This document shows positions 56,575 to 64,000 of a stretch of DNA of 64,000 nucleotides, one piece after another; within the stretch, counting starts at the first letter, position 1, and every line of letters begins with the position of its first letter. The position numbers and the translations under genes were made by a program. Under the pieces are notes generated by a model. It saw nothing but the letters and a program-made list of their open reading frames with translations, ran no database searches and was not told the DNA's origin. Origin of the DNA: the human T2T-CHM13v2.0 reference genome, Homo sapiens; the NCBI RefSeq assembly GCF_009914755.1, contig NC_060947.1. One strand, written 5' to 3'.

Positions 56575-56706
56575 TGGCCACTTTTTCAAAAATTATAAAT
56601 AAATTTCAAGGTGGCTACAGCAGCACATTAAACCATGTGCAAGGTCCTTCTAGGCATGGGGCCCTGTGAGACTGCACAGGTCACATGACCATGATGACAG
56701 TCTTGA
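56575..56706 (-). mobile_element. MER91A-like MITE
   Basis: CATTAAACC...GGGGCCCTGTGAGACTGCACAGGTCACATGACCATGA. Confidence 0.7.
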
Positions 56707-56939
56707 ACTTGGCAGAGAGGTCAGGGTGGTAGGTATGGATTTGGGAGTCATTGGCATGTAGACGGTCTTTTACATAATGAGAGTAGAGGAGATTATCTAA
56801 GGAGAACTTGTAGAGTGAGAAAAGCAGAGGAGGTTGAAGATAAACTCCAGGGAACACCAGCAGTATAAGAATAAACAGGAAAGAGCTCTCAACAGTGTGC
56901 AGGCAAAAGAGGTGGAGGTTAAGAGAACAAATTTTGGAT

Positions 56940-57335
56940 CTAGACTGGATAAAGAAAGTGTGGCACATATACACCATGGAATACTATATAGTCATAAAAA
57001 CGGATGAATTCATGTCCTTTGCAGGGACATGGATGAAGCTGGAAACCATCATTCTAGGCAAACTAACACAGGAACAGAAAACCAAACACCACATGTTCTC
57101 ACTCATAACTGGGAGTTGAAAAATGAGAACACATGGACACAGGGAGGGGAACATCACACACCAGGGCCTGTCGGGGGATGGGGGGGTAGGGGAGAAATAG
57201 CATCAGGAGAAATACCTAATGTAGATGATGGGTTGATGGGTGCAGCAAACCACCATGGCACATGTATACCTATGTAACAAACCTGCACTTTCTGCACATG
57301 TATCCCAAAACTTAAAGTATAATAATAAAAAAAAG
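56940..57335 (+). mobile_element. 5'-truncated L1PA (L1PA7-like) 3' end
   Basis: DWIKKVWHIYTMEYY...MFSLITGS ORF2 end, then 3'UTR and A-tail. Confidence 0.92.
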
Positions 57336-57397
57336 AAATTGCCAAATTGTTTTTCAAAGTTACCGTACCATTTTTCATCCCCACTAACAATTTATAA

Positions 57398-57792
<395 letters not shown>

Positions 57793-60700
57793 GATTTGTC
57801 CAATATTTTTCTAATGACTACACTAGAGTTACTGGTTTCTACAGAAGACCACAAAGGTAAAGTGCCATTCTCATAATATCATATCAAGAGTACATACTGT
57901 CAACATGATCTTTCACAGTTGATGTTAACCTTGATTACTTAGCTAAAGTTAGTGTTTGTCAGGTTTCTCTACTATAAAGTTATTCTTTTTTCCTCCTTTT
58001 TATATCATACTCTTTGGAAAGAAGTCTCTATGCACAGCCCATACTTAAGTGGAGAGTGATGTTCCATTTCCTTAGGGGTGGAGTATCTGCAGAAATTATT
58101 TTGAATTCTTATGCATAAAAGATGTCTTCCCCCATTTGTTTATTTGGTAATTTATATCACTATAGACTTATGGATATTTATTTTATACTTTGGCTTATAG
58201 ACCAATATTACTTTATTTTGTTGCTCAAATCGTTCCAGCTTTGGTCATTTAAAACTCTTTCAGTTGGTATGTATGTCCCTTTAACATGCCCCCATCACTG
58301 TGACTTTTTTGAGTACTTCCTTATTTTCTGGAACTACAAGATGCTCCAGGCTTGTCTTATGTCTTTCCTGTCCCAGTCCTAGAATCAGCCATTTCTCCAA
58401 GGAGCCTTGGTTCCTTTTATTGGAAAATGATATTAAAAACCAATATCTGGGTTCTAGGTGTGCCTGTTGCTACTACAGTGTCATTGTTTCTAGGCCCTCT
58501 CACAGAGCTAGGAAATACATGTATGTATACTAGCCATGGATACACACAATTCTTTCTATATCGGTTTCTATGCTAAGCTAAACATAAATTCATACTGATG
58601 TCTCCAACAGTAATAGCAATATTACATGGTTCATTCTAGCCTTTCTCTCTTGCTTATCTGTAATATCTCACTCTAACAGTGAGAAACCTGTTTGCCACCA
58701 ACCACTTATTTGTTCAATCCTGGTATACATGTACAGTGGTTTCAGAATTGTTAACCTGTGCCCCTGTGAAAAAAACAACTTGTGGTAAAGTGCTTATGTA
58801 TGGTTCCCATGGTCTTCAGTTTTGTACTTTTCGGCCATATTCAAAGTTACTGAGGTCAGTACTTCCTTTTCCCCAACCCTTCGGTTAAATTGTGCCATAT
58901 ATTTGTAATACAGTTATATTATTTTGTTACAGTCTACATTCCAACCTAAGATCCCCAACTTCCTAGTTGAGTTTTAAAATTTGTATACATTAAGTTTACT
59001 CTTTATGTTGTAAAGTTCTACGAATTTTGTCAAATGGGTAGTGTCATGTATCCATCAGTACAGTACCATATATAATATATTCATATGGTACATAAATCCC
59101 CTGTGATTCACTTAACCTTTTCTCCTCCCCAAATCCCTGGAAACCACCCATCTGTTTTCAGTCTCTACAGTTTTCCCTTTTCCACAATGTCATATAAATG
59201 CTGTGTAGTATATAGTTTTCTCTGACTGGCTTTTTAAACTTAGCATATGCATTTAAGATTCATCCATGTTATTGCATGATATCTCATTCCTTTTAATTGC
59301 TAAATAATGTTCCATAGTGTAAATGCACTACAGTTTGTTTATCCATTCGCCTTGAAGGACATCTTGGTTGCTTCCAGTTTTTTGTAAGTAGGAATAAAGC
59401 TGCTATAAACATTTGCACTGAGGTTTTTGTGTGGACATAAATTTTCAAGTCAGTTGGCTAGTACCTAGGAACATGATTGCTGGATCATATGGCAAGACTA
59501 TTTTTATCATTGTAAGAAACTACCAAACTGTCTTCCAAAGTAGCTGTATCATTTTGCATTCCCAGCAGCAACGAATGAGAATTCCTGTTGTTCCACATCC
59601 TTGCTAGCATTTGGTGCTGTCAGTGTTCTGGATTTTAGCCATTCTAAAAGGTGTGCAGTGAACAATTTTGAGTTTTTGTATAAATAATCTCATTGTCGTT
59701 TTAATTTGAAATTCCCTGATGACATATGATGTTGAGCATCTTTTCTTATGCTTATTTGTCATCTGTATATCTTCTATGATGACTTGTCTGTTAAGATCTT
59801 TTGTCCATTTTTAAATTGAGTCATTTGTTTCTTATTGATGAGTTTTAAGAGTTCTTTATATGTTTGGATACAAGTCCTTTATCAAATATGAGTTTTGCAA
59901 ATATTTTATATATACTGTCTTTTCATTCTCTTAATATTGTCTTTCACAGGGAAGAAGTTTTTAATTTTGGTAAGGCCCAATTTATCAAATTTTTTCTTTT
60001 ATAACATGTGCTTTCGGTGTGGTATGTAAGAACTCTTGGCCTAACCTAAGGTCACAAAGATATTCTGTTTTTTCTTCTCAAAATATTATAAATTCTACAT
60101 TTTAAATTTAGCCTTAGGAACCATTTTGAGTTTATTTTTGTGTAAAAATAATTCGGGTTCATTTTAAAAATATATGGATGTCCAAATATTCCAGCACCAT
60201 TTATTGAAAGACTACCTTTTCTCTTGTTTCCTTTGAATTTTTGTCAAAAATCAGTTGACTCTATTTGTGTTGGACTACTTCTTGGCCTCTATTTTTTCAC
60301 TTGATCTATGTGTCTATCCTTCTGCCAATACAATAATTACCTTTATTTTTTATAGCAGGATAATAAGCCTTAACATCCAATAGAGTAATTCCTCCAAATA
60401 CCACACTGTGTTGATATAGTTAATAGTAAGTCTTGAAATAAGATACTACGAGTCCTCCAACTTTATTCTTTTTGAAAATTATTTTGGATATCCTAGTTCC
60501 TTTGCCTTTCAATATGAATTTAAGAATCACCTGGTTAATATCTAGAAAAAAAATCCTGCTGGGATTTTAATTGAGTTTGCATTGAATTTATAGATCGATT
60601 TTGGGATAATTAATATCTTAACAATATTGAGTCTTCCAACATATGAACATGGTTCATATCTCCATTTATTTAGTTTGTCATATCTTTCATATATGTTTCA

Positions 60701-62660
60701 TAGCTTTTAGTATACATATCTTGAACACTTTTATTAGTTTTCTACCTATTTCATTTTTTCTGGTATAATTGAAAATTGTACTTTTAAAAAAAACTTTCGA
60801 TTTCTAATTGTTCATTGCTGGTATACAGAAATGCAATTAATTTTTGTATATTGACCTTTTATTCAGAGACCTTGATAAACTCATTTATTAGTTTTAATAG
60901 TTCTTTTGTAGATTCCATGGAATTTCCCACAGAGACAATTTTGTTGTGTATAAATATAGTTTTATTCCTTCTTTTATATTCTGTATGCCTTTTATTTTTC
61001 TAGTGTTATTGCGCCAGGTAAGATTTCCAGCATGATATTAAATAGGAGTGGTGAGAATAGAGATGCTTGTCTTTTCCATAGTCTTAAAGAAAAAGTATTC
61101 AATCTTGCATATTAAGTATGATGTTAGTTGTAGATATACTGTATTAGATTAAGGAGGTTCCTTCTATTCCTAGTTAGCTGTGAGTCATTTTAAAAAAGTT
61201 TGATTGAGGTATAATTTACATTCCATGAAATTCACCTATTTAAATAATTTCTAGTAAATGTATAGTTATGAAACCATCAAATCCAGTTTTAGAACATTTT
61301 CCCCTACCCGCAGTTCCATGAATCCTCAATCCCAGGAAACCTACTTTCATTGTCTTTTCCTGGACATTTTATATAAGAAGGGAAACACTGCCTTGTATTC
61401 CTGTATTTGGTCACTTTTTGTGGGGGGAATCACCCCCTTTCAGTGCCGCTAGGCCTTCCAGTGTCTTTAGGTGGGCGAATAGAGTTTCCAATCCATAGAG
61501 TACAGAAAAATGTTTTCCAGGCAGGACAGCTTGTTGTGGTGGGGTCACCCTGCTTGTACCACTGGGGCCATTGGGTGTCTCTAGGTGAGAAAAGAAACTC
61601 TCTGGCCCATAAGAATGAAATGCACTTTCTCTGGTCACTTATCATTACTGGAGCTCCTACTTGATCACCAGTGCCACTGGGCCCAACTGGAGTAATTAGC
61701 AGGACTCCCAACTGATCTGGAGAAGGCATGAGCCTACCTGAGTAACCTTTATCTGATATGTCAGGGTCAGGAGATTCCAGGCCTAAATGCCTTCTGTTGC
61801 TGGGTGAGGGGTGGTAAGACACACAACTGCTATGTTGCTCTTCCAGTACTGGGGTCCCTAGCCAGTCCATCTTCCTCTTTCCACCATTCAGAGTCCTCCT
61901 ACGGTTGCTTCTTGTGTTATGTCATAGTTATATTTAGCAAAGAGAAGCAGAAAGAGATGAGTTTATGTCCTCTTGTCTGGATCAAAGTCCCTAGACCATT
62001 TACATTTTAATGTAACTATATATGTCTGGATTTAAGTCTTCCATTTTGTGTGTGTGTGTGTGTGTTTGTGTGTGTGTGTTCTGTTTGTTCCCTCTGCTTT
62101 TCATTTCTCTGTTTTATTTTTCCTTTGGATCACTTCAATATTTTTAAAAAATCGGTTTTGATTCATCTGTAGTGTTCTTGAGTGTATCTTTTCATATAAA
62201 ATTTTTAGTGGTTGTAGGCATTACATTATACATAAATAACTTATCAATGTCTACAGACATTTTAACGGTTTGAGTGAGGTATAGAAATCTCATATCCTCT
62301 TAAATTTCTATTCTTCCCCCATTTATAATTTTCTCAAATATTTCCTCTGTATACATTAAGAACACAATCAGACAATATTATAATTTTTATTTAAACTATC
62401 AAATGTAATTTAGAAAACTTAAGTGGAGAAGGAAAGTCTATTGCATTTACCCATATTTTAACTCTTCCATTGTTCTTTCTTCTTTTCTGATGTTCCCAAA
62501 TTCGTTCTTTTATCATTTTTTTCATGCTTCAAGAACTTACTTTAGCCATAGCAAAGGTATATTGGTGACAGATTCTTTTAGTTTTCCTTTGTCTGAGAAT
62601 GTCTTGATTTCCACTTATTTCCTAAGAAATATTTTCACTGGACATAGAGATTAGCCTATA
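57793..62660 (-). mobile_element. Mosaic of old L1M fragments (3'UTR, ORF2, 5' and inter-ORF pieces)
   Basis: T-rich reverse L1, e.g. TTCCAGCACCATTTATTGAAAGACT and TTGCTGGTATACAGAAATGCAATT. Includes a (TG)n run at ~62047-62079. Confidence 0.8.
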
Positions 62661-63734
62661 ATTTTCTTTTTTGTCATTTTGTTGTCTTCATTTTCCTTTG
62701 AAGTAAGACTCAAAGCCCTTGCAGGGCTACAGTCTAGCATAACACTAGATTTGTAATACTCACTATTCTATGTTTTATTTTAGAACTGTTATTCACATAT
62801 GAGAGGGTGCCTCTGAAGTTGTGCAAAATAAACAGCCAATTGCTGAAAGTAAGAGGAATTGGAGAGGTTTAAGGAATACAAGTGGAGATTTTAATAGGCA
62901 CTGAAAGAATGGGAGAGGGAACTGACAAGTAAAATGATGGCTGAGTGATGTTGAGGGTCCAGCTGAGAAAACAAGCCATCTCTTTGTAGTGGCTTCAATC
63001 TGCATAGCTGGGTGGTTTTCTTTTGCAGCCTGAAATAGAGGGTAGTTGGAAGCAGCAGTGAGAGGATAAATTTAAGGAAAGCTTTAAAAGTTTTGTTCTT
63101 GTCTCTCCTCCAATTGCCTACCTACATTATCTACCCTTCACTACAGAAATCGGCAGAAATATCTCCAACCATAGTTACCAGTGTATGGAGGGTGTATCAG
63201 AGTATATCAGGGCAGCAAAAAAGCCCTGCTTGGTTGAGTGGGAGGCTGTTGAAAACAGATAGGGACTCCCCTGCTCCATTGTTCATTCACTCCTCCACAC
63301 TTTTCAAATCCCCAAAGTTGATGAGTTACAACCTGGGACACTGATACCCCCCCAGCACTGCTTCTTTCAAACAAGTTTTAAGATGAAGCCTTGATCATAT
63401 CAGTTGCTTATAGAGTGGCAGCAAATGGGAATTATTAACATGTTCTGAGCTACCTGGGGCTCTCCTTTCCTCACTCTTCAAACACAATGAGGCTGACATA
63501 GACTAATACAGAGAAGGTAAAGTGCATGCACACATACACGCACACACACAATCACAGAACTTAAACATAAACTTCTCAAAGTTTCCAGAGAGAAAAATCA
63601 AGTCCTCTACAAAGAAAGGAATTAAATTGACAACAGACTTTTAGCAACATTGAATACAAGACAATATTTTAAAGGACTGGACCTGTAATGCTTAAAATGA
63701 CTTTGAACCTATAATTTTATATTCAGCCATTTTT

Positions 63735-64000
<266 letters not shown>

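Noticed and set aside
60320-60460. Apparent repeat of one L1 ORF2 segment in two divergent versions
   Set aside because: Most likely a junction between two old L1 fragments, and too decayed to resolve by eye.

Overview
Primate (human-like) non-coding genomic DNA, mostly interspersed repeats: old L2 and MIR, stacked L1M fragments, MaLR/ERV1 solo LTRs, hAT MITEs and about a dozen Alus. I found no credible host protein-coding gene, RNA gene, CRISPR array or prokaryote-type system. The recognisable ORFs are broken L1 ORF1/ORF2 pieces or Alu/LTR artefacts. The strongest signal is a full-length L1PB-type element (42659-49660) whose 15-bp target-site duplication closes about 660 bp beyond the L1 tail, after a second AATAAA and A-run. 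This reads as an old L1 3' transduction. The same L1 carries a TSD-flanked 120-bp non-L1 insert that looks like a retroposed mRNA 3' end. Other signals are a ~300-bp tandem duplication joined by A20, two dispersed local copies (53 and 79 bp), two snap-back hairpin scars, and five helically phased E-boxes. Repeat subfamily names come from recalled consensus sequences, not a database search, and boundaries of old elements are approximate.
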